Shown here piece after piece: positions 7,589 through 15,952 of a DNA stretch of 25,389 nucleotides. This stretch comes from Pseudomonadota bacterium (GTDB lineage: Bacteria; Bdellovibrionota; FAC87; UBA2466). How positions within the stretch are numbered: position 1 is the first letter of the stretch; the number at the start of each line of letters is the position of its first letter. The translations under genes and the position numbers were made by a program. The DNA lies in assembly GCA_043767805.1 (NCBI GenBank), contig JAYUGC010000147.1, forward strand, positions 1-25,389, read 5' to 3'. The notes beneath the pieces were generated by a model that saw nothing but the letters and a program-made list of their open reading frames with translations, was not told the DNA's origin and ran no database searches.

Positions 7589-9003
7589 ATCAAAATCTAG
7601 AACAGGCCCTATCTCGGTTGGAACCTCTCTCGCGCGAGCTCGAGCCCACGCCTTCTCAATTTTCCGGATGGATGCAAGAGGCGACGAGCTTCGCTTCCCA
7701 GTTTCTCGAAACTCTTCCCGAGCAACCGGCTCGTAAAGCTTTCAAAGGCGCGGACGTGTTTCGTGGCCCGATGCCCGCCAACCCGCGGAACCATCTCGAC
7801 GTATTTCGTGAGCTCGAGGAGAACACCCTTACCGCCGGACTCAATGCAGCGTCCCCTCGCTATATGGCGTTCGTCCCTCCAGGCGGAATTCCTTCGGCCG
7901 CGGTGGCGGATTTTCTCGCGGCGCTGACCAATCGCTATTCCGGTCTGTACGCGGCCTGTCCCGGCGCGGTTGAAGTCGAAAATGCCGCCGTGGGCTGGCT
8001 TCGCGACGTCGTCGGCTTTGGTCCTGGCGCGTGGGGCACTCTTTTGAGCGGAGGCACCCTCGGAGCGCTCGCCGCGCTGGTGGCGGCGCGGGATACGAGA
8101 TCACCTGAGCGTTGGGCCCGGGGCGTCGTTTATCGGACGTCCCAGTCCCATCATTCCTTGAGCAAATGTCTGAAGGTGGTGGGTCTCGGGCACATTGCCG
8201 TTAGAGAGATCGAAGTCGATGCCGAGTTTCGCATGAGCCCTCAGGCTTTAAGAGAGCAGATCTCCAAGGACAAGGCTACGGGCCTCGAGCCTTGGATTCT
8301 CATCGCCACGGCGGGAACCACGAACACGGGCGCGATTGATCCGCTTCCTGAGCTCGCCGTAGTGGCACGAGCCGAGGGACTTTGGTTCCACGTGGATGGC
8401 GCTTATGGCGGGCTTTTCATTCTGGCCGACTCCGCGAAGGAGGCGCTTGCTGCGATGAAGGAAGCGGACTCGTTGGTTCTCGATCCGCATAAGAGTCTGT
8501 TTCTGCCCTATGGTTGCGGCGCCGTGCTGCTCAAGCGCGGGGAGCTTCTCAACCAGGCGTTCTCCTACAGCCCCTCTTATTTACAAGATCTGGCTCAAGA
8601 TACGGATCGATCGCCTTCGGACTACTCTCCCGAAGGCACCCGCCATTTTCGAGGGCTGCGCATCTGGCTTGCGCTTCAGCTCCATGGCGTCTCCCGGTTT
8701 CAGGCGGCGCTCGAAGAAAAACTTTGCCTGGCCCGTTACGCCTTTGAGAAACTCTCGAGCGTAGCTGGCGTCGAAATAGGCCCGGCTCCGCAGTTGAGCT
8801 GCGTTACCTTCCGGCTCAAAGGAGAAGACAGCCGTACCGAATCTCTGATGAAAAGGGTCGCTCAGTCGGCGGAGTTCGCGTGCAGCTCGACTCAGCTTCG
8901 CGGCAGGTTTTTCGTGCGCCTTTGCATTCTCAATTTTCGCACGCACCGCGAGGATGTAGACCGCGTGATCGCGGATTTGACAGCCCAGTCGATCGGCCTG
9001 TGA
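7585..9003 (+). CDS. Group II PLP-dependent (aromatic) L-amino acid decarboxylase
   Basis: ATG 7585 (ATGA overlap). SGGT, ATAGTTNTGAIDPL, HVDGAYGG, DSLVLDPHK (PLP lysine), RGLRIW. Confidence 0.92.
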   Translation: MNQNLEQALSRLEPLSRELEPTPSQFSGWMQEATSFASQFLETLPEQPARKAFKGADVFRGPMPANPRNHLDVFRELEENTLTAGLNAASPRYMAFVPPGGIPSAAVADFLAALTNRYSGLYAACPGAVEVENAAVGWLRDVVGFGPGAWGTLLSGGTLGALAALVAARDTRSPERWARGVVYRTSQSHHSLSKCLKVVGLGHIAVREIEVDAEFRMSPQALREQISKDKATGLEPWILIATAGTTNTGAIDPLPELAVVARAEGLWFHVDGAYGGLFILADSAKEALAAMKEADSLVLDPHKSLFLPYGCGAVLLKRGELLNQAFSYSPSYLQDLAQDTDRSPSDYSPEGTRHFRGLRIWLALQLHGVSRFQAALEEKLCLARYAFEKLSSVAGVEIGPAPQLSCVTFRLKGEDSRTESLMKRVAQSAEFACSSTQLRGRFFVRLCILNFRTHREDVDRVIADLTAQSIGL

Positions 9004-9026
9004 CAAAAATCGTCACCGCAGACCGG

Positions 9027-9043
9027 TTGGCCTGGGCTTTGCG
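9027..9043 (+). promoter_or_regulatory. Possible sigma54 -24/-12 promoter upstream of the activator gene
   Basis: TTGGCCTGGGCTTTGCG has GG-N10-GC spacing with TGGC and TTGC; preceded by inverted repeat GTGAC-N7-GTCAC (9000-9016). Confidence 0.4.
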
Positions 9044-9114
9044 GAGTTCACTGGGCGTAGGCAGGCAACGAGCCTGTCTGGGCTCACGGAACCGTAGGTA
9101 AGATCGACGACTGT

Positions 9115-10485
9115 ATGGCAAAGAAGTCCCGAATTTTAGTTTGTGACGACGACGAGCTGGTGCACCAGTCGGTGAAGCTTTGCCTTGGGAAGCTTTACGA
9201 AGTGGCCCATGTATTCAACGGCGAAGAGGCCCTGCAACACGTGAAGACCCACGCCGTCGACGTTCTTTTGCTCGACGTTCAAATGAGAACCCCCGACGAG
9301 GGGCTCCGTTACCTCTCCCAGATAAAGAAGGCCGATGGGGACGTCATCATCCTGATGCGAAGCGCGATGACCGACTTCGGCACCGTGGTCGAGGCCATGA
9401 AACTGGGTGCGACCGATTATCTTCCTAAGGACGCGAGCCCTCCTGAGCTCAGCATCGCCATCGATCGCGCTCTCGAAATCCGCGAGACGCAGCTCAGGCG
9501 GCACCAGCAAAATTCCGAAGTGGAGACCTACCACAACCGGCACGTCATGGTGGGTGAGAGTAAGCCCGTCGAGGCTCTGCGACAGACTTTGAAGAAGGCC
9601 CGCAACGCGCACGCGAATACCGTCATCACCGGTGAGCCCGGCGTGGGCAAAGAAGTAGTGGCTCGGTTACTCCGCGGCGTCCTGCCGGACGGATCGCTGG
9701 CTCCCTTTGTCAGCGTCGATTCCTCGACCATTCAGAGCACCATGGCCGAGAGCCTGCTCTTCGGTCATGAAAAGGGCGCCTTCACCGGAGCCGATAAAAC
9801 CAAAAAAGGGTTATTCGAGGAGGCCGACGGGGGCATCATCTATTTCGACGAGATAGGCAACATGCCGCTCGACATTCAAGCGAAGCTCCTGCGGGCCGTT
9901 CAAGAAAAGGAAGTGTCTCGCCTCGGATCTTCCCGGACCATCCCTTTAGACTTTCGAGTCGTGTGCGCCACCAACCGCAACATGGATGAGATGGTCGCGG
10001 CCAAAGAATTTCGTTTCGATTTGCTCTCTCGACTCAGCGTAATCCCGATTCCTATTCCCGCGCTCAGGGATCGAAAGAGCGATATCCCGCTTCTCGTCGA
10101 GCATTTCTTGAAAAAATCCGCGGTGGGCGCGTCCTACAAAGTCCTTCCCGCGGCCATGGACATGCTCGTGCGCTACTCGTGGCCCGGAAACGTGCGCGAG
10201 CTTTCGAACGTGCTTACCTTCTGCCTTACCATGGTCGAGGGCGATACTATCGATGTGGCGGATCTTCCGGTGCGCATTCAAGAGTCGCAGCCCGTGGTGG
10301 CCAGCGAGAACCCGAGCGGATCGGGAGATTTTTACGATCAGGTCAAAGAATTCGAAAAAGCCATTCTCACCCGGGAGTTTGCGCGAGCGGGACACAACAT
10401 CGCTCAGCTGTCCCGGAATCTGAAGATGGATCGTTCTCATCTTTACGCGAAGCTTCGTAATTATGGGCTTCATACCAGCAAATGA
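9115..10485 (+). CDS. NtrC-family sigma54-dependent response regulator (REC-AAA+-HTH)
   Basis: Receiver CDDD...LLLDVQM; Walker A GEPGVGKE; ESLLFGHEKGAFTGA; Walker B YFDEIG; WPGNVREL; C-terminal HTH. Confidence 0.95.
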   Translation: MAKKSRILVCDDDELVHQSVKLCLGKLYEVAHVFNGEEALQHVKTHAVDVLLLDVQMRTPDEGLRYLSQIKKADGDVIILMRSAMTDFGTVVEAMKLGATDYLPKDASPPELSIAIDRALEIRETQLRRHQQNSEVETYHNRHVMVGESKPVEALRQTLKKARNAHANTVITGEPGVGKEVVARLLRGVLPDGSLAPFVSVDSSTIQSTMAESLLFGHEKGAFTGADKTKKGLFEEADGGIIYFDEIGNMPLDIQAKLLRAVQEKEVSRLGSSRTIPLDFRVVCATNRNMDEMVAAKEFRFDLLSRLSVIPIPIPALRDRKSDIPLLVEHFLKKSAVGASYKVLPAAMDMLVRYSWPGNVRELSNVLTFCLTMVEGDTIDVADLPVRIQESQPVVASENPSGSGDFYDQVKEFEKAILTREFARAGHNIAQLSRNLKMDRSHLYAKLRNYGLHTSK

Positions 10486-11089
10486 GATTCGGATTTTGGT
10501 GACCGCCGTGGCTCCGGCCGCGGATTTGACTCGTTTCCTTACGGAAGCGGAGCGGGAAGAGGAGAAAGGTTTCGCCAGCGAATCCGCTCGTGCTTTGTTT
10601 CTGACGGCCCGAATTTCGATCCGGCGAGTCCTGGGAGACCTGCTTCGCGTGGACCCTCTCGAAATTTCCCTGGCCCGTCGGCCGGAAGGTAAGCCGTATC
10701 TCCCGGCTCACCCGGATCTTTGCTTTAATGTTTCCCATTCCGGCGCGCTCGTTCTCATCGGGCTCAGTCAGGGCCGAGAGATTGGTGTGGATATCGAAAA
10801 GGTGAGGGAACGGCCTCGATGGCGCGAGCTCGCCGTTCGTTTCTTTTCTTTCAAGGAACAGGCCGCGACCCGGGATTTGGAGAGCTTTCTCCGTATATGG
10901 ACGAGGAAAGAGGCGTACCTCAAGCTGCGGGGTGGGGGAATCGATCGGGCACTCAATAGTTTCAGCGTGCTTGGGGAAGATTCCGAATTGAACGCTGTTT
11001 TAGTCCCGCTTACGGTTCCCGACGGCTACGTGGCGTCCCTGGCTGTCGACGGAAATCGAGCTATCGAGCTTAACGAAGGCCGAAAGTAA
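10463..11089 (+). CDS. Sfp-type 4'-phosphopantetheinyl transferase
   Basis: GKPYL, FNVSHSG, IGVDIE, WTRKEAYLK motifs. Confidence 0.93.
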   Translation: MGFIPANEIRILVTAVAPAADLTRFLTEAEREEEKGFASESARALFLTARISIRRVLGDLLRVDPLEISLARRPEGKPYLPAHPDLCFNVSHSGALVLIGLSQGREIGVDIEKVRERPRWRELAVRFFSFKEQAATRDLESFLRIWTRKEAYLKLRGGGIDRALNSFSVLGEDSELNAVLVPLTVPDGYVASLAVDGNRAIELNEGRK

Positions 11090-12104
11090 GCCAGAGACCA
11101 AAGCGCCCGGACTGCCGAGCGGCCCGCCCCCATTCCGTCGAGCCGTTGCCGCCGAGATGGCGCCCCTCGACGGTGAAGAACCATTCCCGCTGCTTCGCCC
11201 GAATGTTTTGCGTGTAGCCGAGCACGGTCAAGACACTTCCGTCATTCAGACTCGTGACCGATGTGAGAAACGGCGTGCTGCCCCCGTCTCCGCGCCGGAG
11301 ATCGGCAAACAAAATGTCTCGGCTATAAAAGCTTCCCGTTCCCCAGGCTGGCCGATGAAAGGCTCTCGACGTGGGAAAAGCGTAAGCATCCGAGCGGTCC
11401 ATAGGGCGCGCTTGGTTGCCGTGGCCATTGCGAAAGTATTCCACCGCGAGACGATAGGGAACCCACCGCGGGCTCCACTGAACACCGGTGAGCCAGTCGC
11501 ACCGAAGGCCGCCGCCGCTCGGCGGGGCATGGAGGTTTCCCTCCTGATACGAGAGCCATTCATCGGAAACTTGCTCGGTCATTCCCAAACCGACAAAGCG
11601 ATCGGCCACGAGGCCCCAAGTATCAACGATTTCCCCGCTGCGCTTGACCAGGAGGAAGGGACTCAGTCTCGCCCATTTATCGGTTTCCGAGACGACCACT
11701 CCGACTTTCGCACTCCACCGAGCATCGGGCATCCACTGAACCTGACCGAGCCACACTCCCTCCTGAGGTAAAAGCGGAGAGACGAGGCTCAGACCGCTCA
11801 GCGCGGGATTGCCGGGGCTCGTGAGCAAAGCGGTCGACTGATCGAACGTGCGCTTGCCGAGCGACCATTGAAAACTATCCGATGAGCGCTCATAGAAACT
11901 TTCCCAGAGCACGCACCCGGGAGGAGTCCTTTCCCCCTTGGTAACGACGGAGCACTGCCCCTCGACCTTGACGCGGTTATTCTCCTGGTCGTAAAGGAGC
12001 CGGCCTTTTCCCGTGAAGGCGCCTTGATCCGTGGACTCGGCCACAGAGCTGTAGCTCACTTCGGGAGCAACGTGCAGCTCTATCGCGGGAGAGGCGAAAA
12101 GCAT
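11070..12104 (-). CDS. Putative outer-membrane beta-barrel-like protein associated with the Lol-like exporter
   Basis: GGAGGAG RBS. Amphipathic aromatic-rich strands (WLTGVQWSP, LAVEYFRNGHG, FGLWLTFG); last gene of the ABC/LolA-like operon; no clear signal peptide. Confidence 0.55.
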   Translation of the reverse strand: MLFASPAIELHVAPEVSYSSVAESTDQGAFTGKGRLLYDQENNRVKVEGQCSVVTKGERTPPGCVLWESFYERSSDSFQWSLGKRTFDQSTALLTSPGNPALSGLSLVSPLLPQEGVWLGQVQWMPDARWSAKVGVVVSETDKWARLSPFLLVKRSGEIVDTWGLVADRFVGLGMTEQVSDEWLSYQEGNLHAPPSGGGLRCDWLTGVQWSPRWVPYRLAVEYFRNGHGNQARPMDRSDAYAFPTSRAFHRPAWGTGSFYSRDILFADLRRGDGGSTPFLTSVTSLNDGSVLTVLGYTQNIRAKQREWFFTVEGRHLGGNGSTEWGRAARQSGRFGLWLTFGLR

Positions 12105-12106
12105 GG

Positions 12107-14065
12107 CTATCTCCTCCCTACTCGGCCCGCGCTTTGCGACAGGCTTTCGGGATTGAAGAAGCTCTCCGGAAAAGTGTCCGGCTGAGCCGGGCCAAAAGAG
12201 ACTTGGGTGAAATCCCCGGTTCTCAAAGCATCTTCGATCTTCGCGCTGACGAGTCTTTTATCAGAGCCGTACTGATAGCGAACCGTTTTCAAAAGTTTTC
12301 CGGACAGGGCGAAGAGTTTGGCTCCGGGCGGGGGCTTGCAACCGGTTCCCATGTCGATTTCAATGCGTCCGTAAGCGGCTTGGGAATTACCCGAGCGAGG
12401 CTTAAGAACGAGCGTGCCCTTGGCGAAAGACTGTGCTTCGTAATCGTCGGCAAAACGGACGCCGGCCACGTCCGCATTCGACGCCTGGCCGATGAGTCTT
12501 TGGGCGGGCGAGATACGGATGGGCTTTCTCATATTCTCTTTTTGCATCCACATCGCGCTTCCGGACGAAAGAACCGCTATGCGGCTACCGGCCGGATCGG
12601 AAATGGCGACGGCGAGAAAGCGATTCGTCTTGTTCGCGACGAGATAGGTCACCGCTTCGCCTTGGGACGGGGTAAACCGAACTTCGAGGCGAAAATCTCC
12701 CGGGGGAATTTGACGAAGCGAGTCCACGAAGGCCATCTGAGAGCTGGCATCCCTGGGATTACACTGAGCGTGCGCGGGAGAGGGGGCGAAAGACGCCGCG
12801 AGAATGCCCGAAGCGAGTAACCGCAGAGCTCCGGAAAGGCGCGCCGAGAGAGAACGGCTCGCCAAGGTGCGGGCGCTTAGCCAAGAGGCGAGAGCGGTGC
12901 TCATTAGCGTAACGATCAGCACGGCAAAAGAGCCCGTCCAATCGAGCAGAAATTGAAGGTGATATCCTTCGGAAGATCCCGGAGGAGGCGGCATCGGCAG
13001 CCCGCCCGCGAGCCGCACCAGGTACGACAAGGCGCCCGCGGCGGCGACCCCCGCGATACCCGCGACAAGGCCTAGCAAAGCGCCTTCCCAGAGGATGAGG
13101 CGAGACAGTTCCCAGTCCTGCATGCCGATGGCTTGGAGGGTGGCCATCTCCGCTCTTCTTTCGAAAAGCGCCATCATCAGGGTGTTGGTCACCGCGAGCA
13201 GGGTCAGAAGAAAGAACATCGCTTCCATGAACGAAAAAAGGCGGCCGTAGAGGGCTCGCACCGACTGATAGTAATCCGCAAGGTCTTCCCAGCGTTTGAC
13301 GACGAGATTCGGAGCACCCGATGCCAGCATTTCCTTCACTGCGACGTGAGCCGAGGCGGTGTCTTCCGTGTTTTTTAGGCCGATGACGAGGCCATCCACC
13401 AGGTTGGTGTCATAGAGGCGGAGCGCGGTTTCCACTGGGAGGATCAGACTTACGGCATCGAGCTGCTTCGAATCGGATTCGGTCAAGCCTGCCACGGTAA
13501 CGTCCATGGCATTGGTTCGCCCTGAGTCCGTCGAGACGAGAAGGGACACGGAATCTCCCACTCGCGCGCCGATGCGGTCCGCGAGAACGCGGCCGAGCAG
13601 CACTCCCTCAGGACGTTCGGGATCCAGGCCTTCTCCTTCGACGATGCTAGTGAGGGAAGCCATGCGGGAAAACGAGTCGGGTTCCACCGCGTAGCCGGAA
13701 AAAATATCCGAGCGATCGGACGTTCCCACGATGCCGGTGACCTTGCGCCGCGGGGAAAGGGACTCGAGTTTGGAGGCGAGAGCCGGGTTGTTCCGCAGTT
13801 CGCGCGTGATCCGTTCCAGCTCCGAGACGGCGAGGCGGTGCTGCTCGGGGACCGCTCCGTCGAAGTAGCCTTGTGCGGCGATTTGAAGGTGGCCGTTACC
13901 GGAGTGTGAAAACCGCTCCGCGAGACCCCAATGGGAAAACTGAACGAAACCATAGAGCATCAAGGTGCAAGTGGTTCCGAGTGCGATACCGCCGAGCGTG
14001 AGCCCAGTGCGGCGCTGATTTCGACTGAGATTGAGGAGGGCCATTTTAAAGAGCGTCTTGTTCAT
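12107..14065 (-). CDS. FtsX/LolE-like ABC permease fused to a LolA-like (outer-membrane lipoprotein-sorting) domain
   Basis: Permease motifs NLSRNQRRTGLT, VKRWEDLA, NTLMMALFERRAEMATLQAIG, MPPPPG. After ~aa 433, MWMQKENMRKPIRISPAQRLIGQASNADV and SGKLLKT, typical of the LolA-like family. Confidence 0.85.
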   Translation of the reverse strand: MNKTLFKMALLNLSRNQRRTGLTLGGIALGTTCTLMLYGFVQFSHWGLAERFSHSGNGHLQIAAQGYFDGAVPEQHRLAVSELERITRELRNNPALASKLESLSPRRKVTGIVGTSDRSDIFSGYAVEPDSFSRMASLTSIVEGEGLDPERPEGVLLGRVLADRIGARVGDSVSLLVSTDSGRTNAMDVTVAGLTESDSKQLDAVSLILPVETALRLYDTNLVDGLVIGLKNTEDTASAHVAVKEMLASGAPNLVVKRWEDLADYYQSVRALYGRLFSFMEAMFFLLTLLAVTNTLMMALFERRAEMATLQAIGMQDWELSRLILWEGALLGLVAGIAGVAAAGALSYLVRLAGGLPMPPPPGSSEGYHLQFLLDWTGSFAVLIVTLMSTALASWLSARTLASRSLSARLSGALRLLASGILAASFAPSPAHAQCNPRDASSQMAFVDSLRQIPPGDFRLEVRFTPSQGEAVTYLVANKTNRFLAVAISDPAGSRIAVLSSGSAMWMQKENMRKPIRISPAQRLIGQASNADVAGVRFADDYEAQSFAKGTLVLKPRSGNSQAAYGRIEIDMGTGCKPPPGAKLFALSGKLLKTVRYQYGSDKRLVSAKIEDALRTGDFTQVSFGPAQPDTFPESFFNPESLSQSAGRVGRR

Positions 14066-14733
14066 GCCAGTCTCCCGTCTATTAAGAGGATTTGCCGGTC
14101 GGCGCGATTAGCGAGTCGCGTCTCGTGGGTAACGAGAAGAAGCGCCGCCTTCCACTGCCCACAGAGATCGAACAATAAATCGATGACCTGCTCACCGCTT
14201 GCGGCGTCGAGGTTGGCCGTTGGCTCGTCGGCTAGGATGAGCCGCGGGCGATTGATGAGCGCTCTGGCGAGCGCGACGCGTTGGCGTTGGCCGCCGCTGA
14301 GGGTCGCGGCGCGCTGATTGGCCTGGGCGCCAAGGCCGATGCGTTCCAAAAGGTTTTGCGCCTGGGCGTGGGCTTCACGAGGGTCGGTACGTTTCAGAAG
14401 AGCGGGCAACACCACGTTCTCCAGCGCCGTGAGTACCGGAACCAAATGAAAATGCTGAAACACGAAACCCAAACCGTCTCGGCGAAACAGAGTCTTCTCC
14501 TTGGGTGAAAGAGTGTGGAGCGCTTTTCCTTCGAACCATACTTCTCCACAATTCGGATCCTCGATGAGACCCGCGACCTGAAGGGCCGTTGATTTTCCGG
14601 AGCCGCTGGGTCCGGTAAGGGCCACTTTTTCTCCCGCTTTCACCTGCAGACTGAGCCCGCGCAGGGCGGTGACCTCGGTGTTGACCCCGTTCCCCATGCG
14701 GTAGCGTTTCGTGATTTGGCGAAGCTCGAGCAC
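14062..14733 (-). CDS. ABC transporter ATP-binding protein (LolD/MacB type)
   Basis: GPSGSGKS, GFVFQHFHL, LSGGQRQRVA, ILADEPTANLD, VTHE. Confidence 0.95.
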   Translation of the reverse strand: MLELRQITKRYRMGNGVNTEVTALRGLSLQVKAGEKVALTGPSGSGKSTALQVAGLIEDPNCGEVWFEGKALHTLSPKEKTLFRRDGLGFVFQHFHLVPVLTALENVVLPALLKRTDPREAHAQAQNLLERIGLGAQANQRAATLSGGQRQRVALARALINRPRLILADEPTANLDAASGEQVIDLLFDLCGQWKAALLLVTHETRLANRADRQILLIDGRLA

Positions 14734-14734
14734 G

Positions 14735-15247
14735 TTACTTGTCTCCCTTCAAGCGGACTAGAAGTCGTTCCATGCGCGCGGCTTCAGCTTCAAGCTTCTG
14801 CTGACGCGCGATTTGCAGCGCTTGCCGAGCGTCTTCCTGCGCGATCTCCGACTTTTTGAAAAGAGACGGGAGCACTGCGTAGACCTCGGCCCGATTCATC
14901 AAGGCGATGAGCTGAACCTTGGGATCCCGGTCGGCCTTGGCCTTTCGAACGCTACGATCCAAAAGAGGAAAGGCATCGGCGAGGTATCTCAGCTTGGCGT
15001 TCGCATCTTCCACATGACGACAACGCATCGCCGCCATCGCGCCCGCGAAGGACGCCCAAAGCACTTTATCTTTTTGCGCCACGAGGCGCAGGTATCCGTC
15101 TTCCAAAGCCGTGAGTGCTTTTTCGCCTTTCAGGCCTTCGGCCTGCTGCCTATGACGCTCGAAGATCTCCCGAGGGTTTTCCGTCGAGGCGAACACCGGC
15201 AGGTAGACCAGCAGAGAGACCAGCAGAAGACAGAGGAGACGTTTCAT
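14735..15247 (-). CDS. Secreted alpha-helical (TPR-like) hypothetical protein
   Basis: Signal peptide MKRLLCLLLVSLLVYLPVFA; Ala/Leu-rich helices; ATGA-coupled to the ACP gene. Confidence 0.7.
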   Translation of the reverse strand: MKRLLCLLLVSLLVYLPVFASTENPREIFERHRQQAEGLKGEKALTALEDGYLRLVAQKDKVLWASFAGAMAAMRCRHVEDANAKLRYLADAFPLLDRSVRKAKADRDPKVQLIALMNRAEVYAVLPSLFKKSEIAQEDARQALQIARQQKLEAEAARMERLLVRLKGDK

Positions 15248-15528
15248 TGGCCCACCAAGAAATCGACGATGGTGTTGACCGAGCGAAAGACACCCTTTTG
15301 GTTCTCCCCGACCATGACGTTGAACTCCTGCTCCAAACCGACGATGAGCTCCAGCGCGTCGATGGAATCAAGCGCGAGGCCCATGCCGAAGAGAGGAGCG
15401 TCGTTGTCGATCTCAGACGGAGATAAGGCCAGGTTGAGCTGGCGGATCATCATGGTCTTGACCGCCTCCGTAATCGCCTTTCGCTGAATCAGATCCGAGG
15501 GGGTAACGAACGCCAGTGAAGTTTCCAT
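15244..15528 (-). CDS. Acyl carrier protein
   Basis: 94 aa; APLFGMGLALDSIDALEL phosphopantetheine motif; AAGGA RBS. Confidence 0.93.
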   Translation of the reverse strand: METSLAFVTPSDLIQRKAITEAVKTMMIRQLNLALSPSEIDNDAPLFGMGLALDSIDALELIVGLEQEFNVMVGENQKGVFRSVNTIVDFLVGQ

Positions 15529-15952
15529 AAGTCGGTTTCCTTTCCTTGAGAGTTAATTGCCTTTGCCATACCCCTTGCACGGAGCTGGGGAGACGAAGGG
15601 CCAGTTTTTGATCTTTGATAGCGGCCAGGGTGAAAGTCGCTTCCACCAGGCAATCCGCTGAGCCGCTAGCCAATACTTTCTGAACCAGTTGAATTTTCGC
15701 CAGCGGCGGGCTCGTGAGCTCGCAGGTGACTCGGTATTTCGTTCCCGGGCGAGCGGGCCTTCTGAACCGGATTTCAGAATTGACGACGAGAAAGCAGTAG
15801 CCATCCCGGTGAAGGGCTTCCAATTCCACGCCCATGGCTTCAACGAAAGCGATGCGGGCCGCCTCGAACCACAGGAAGTAAACGCTGTGATGGAGGACGC
15901 CGTAGCGATCGATCTCGTTGAAGCGAGGAACCATTTCGATCTGAAAGCTCAC
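15413..15952 (-). CDS. YbgC/4HBT-type hotdog acyl thioesterase
   Basis: RFNEIDRYGVLHHSVYFLWFEAAR, IRFRRPAR; GTGA-coupled to the KS gene; C-terminal tail overlaps the ACP gene by 116 nt. Confidence 0.88.
   Translation of the reverse strand: MSFQIEMVPRFNEIDRYGVLHHSVYFLWFEAARIAFVEAMGVELEALHRDGYCFLVVNSEIRFRRPARPGTKYRVTCELTSPPLAKIQLVQKVLASGSADCLVEATFTLAAIKDQKLALRLPSSVQGVWQRQLTLKERKPTYGNFTGVRYPLGSDSAKGDYGGGQDHDDPPAQPGLISV

Noticed and set aside
9059..9079. Intrinsic terminator after the decarboxylase
   Set aside because: The hairpin lacks a U-tract on either strand.
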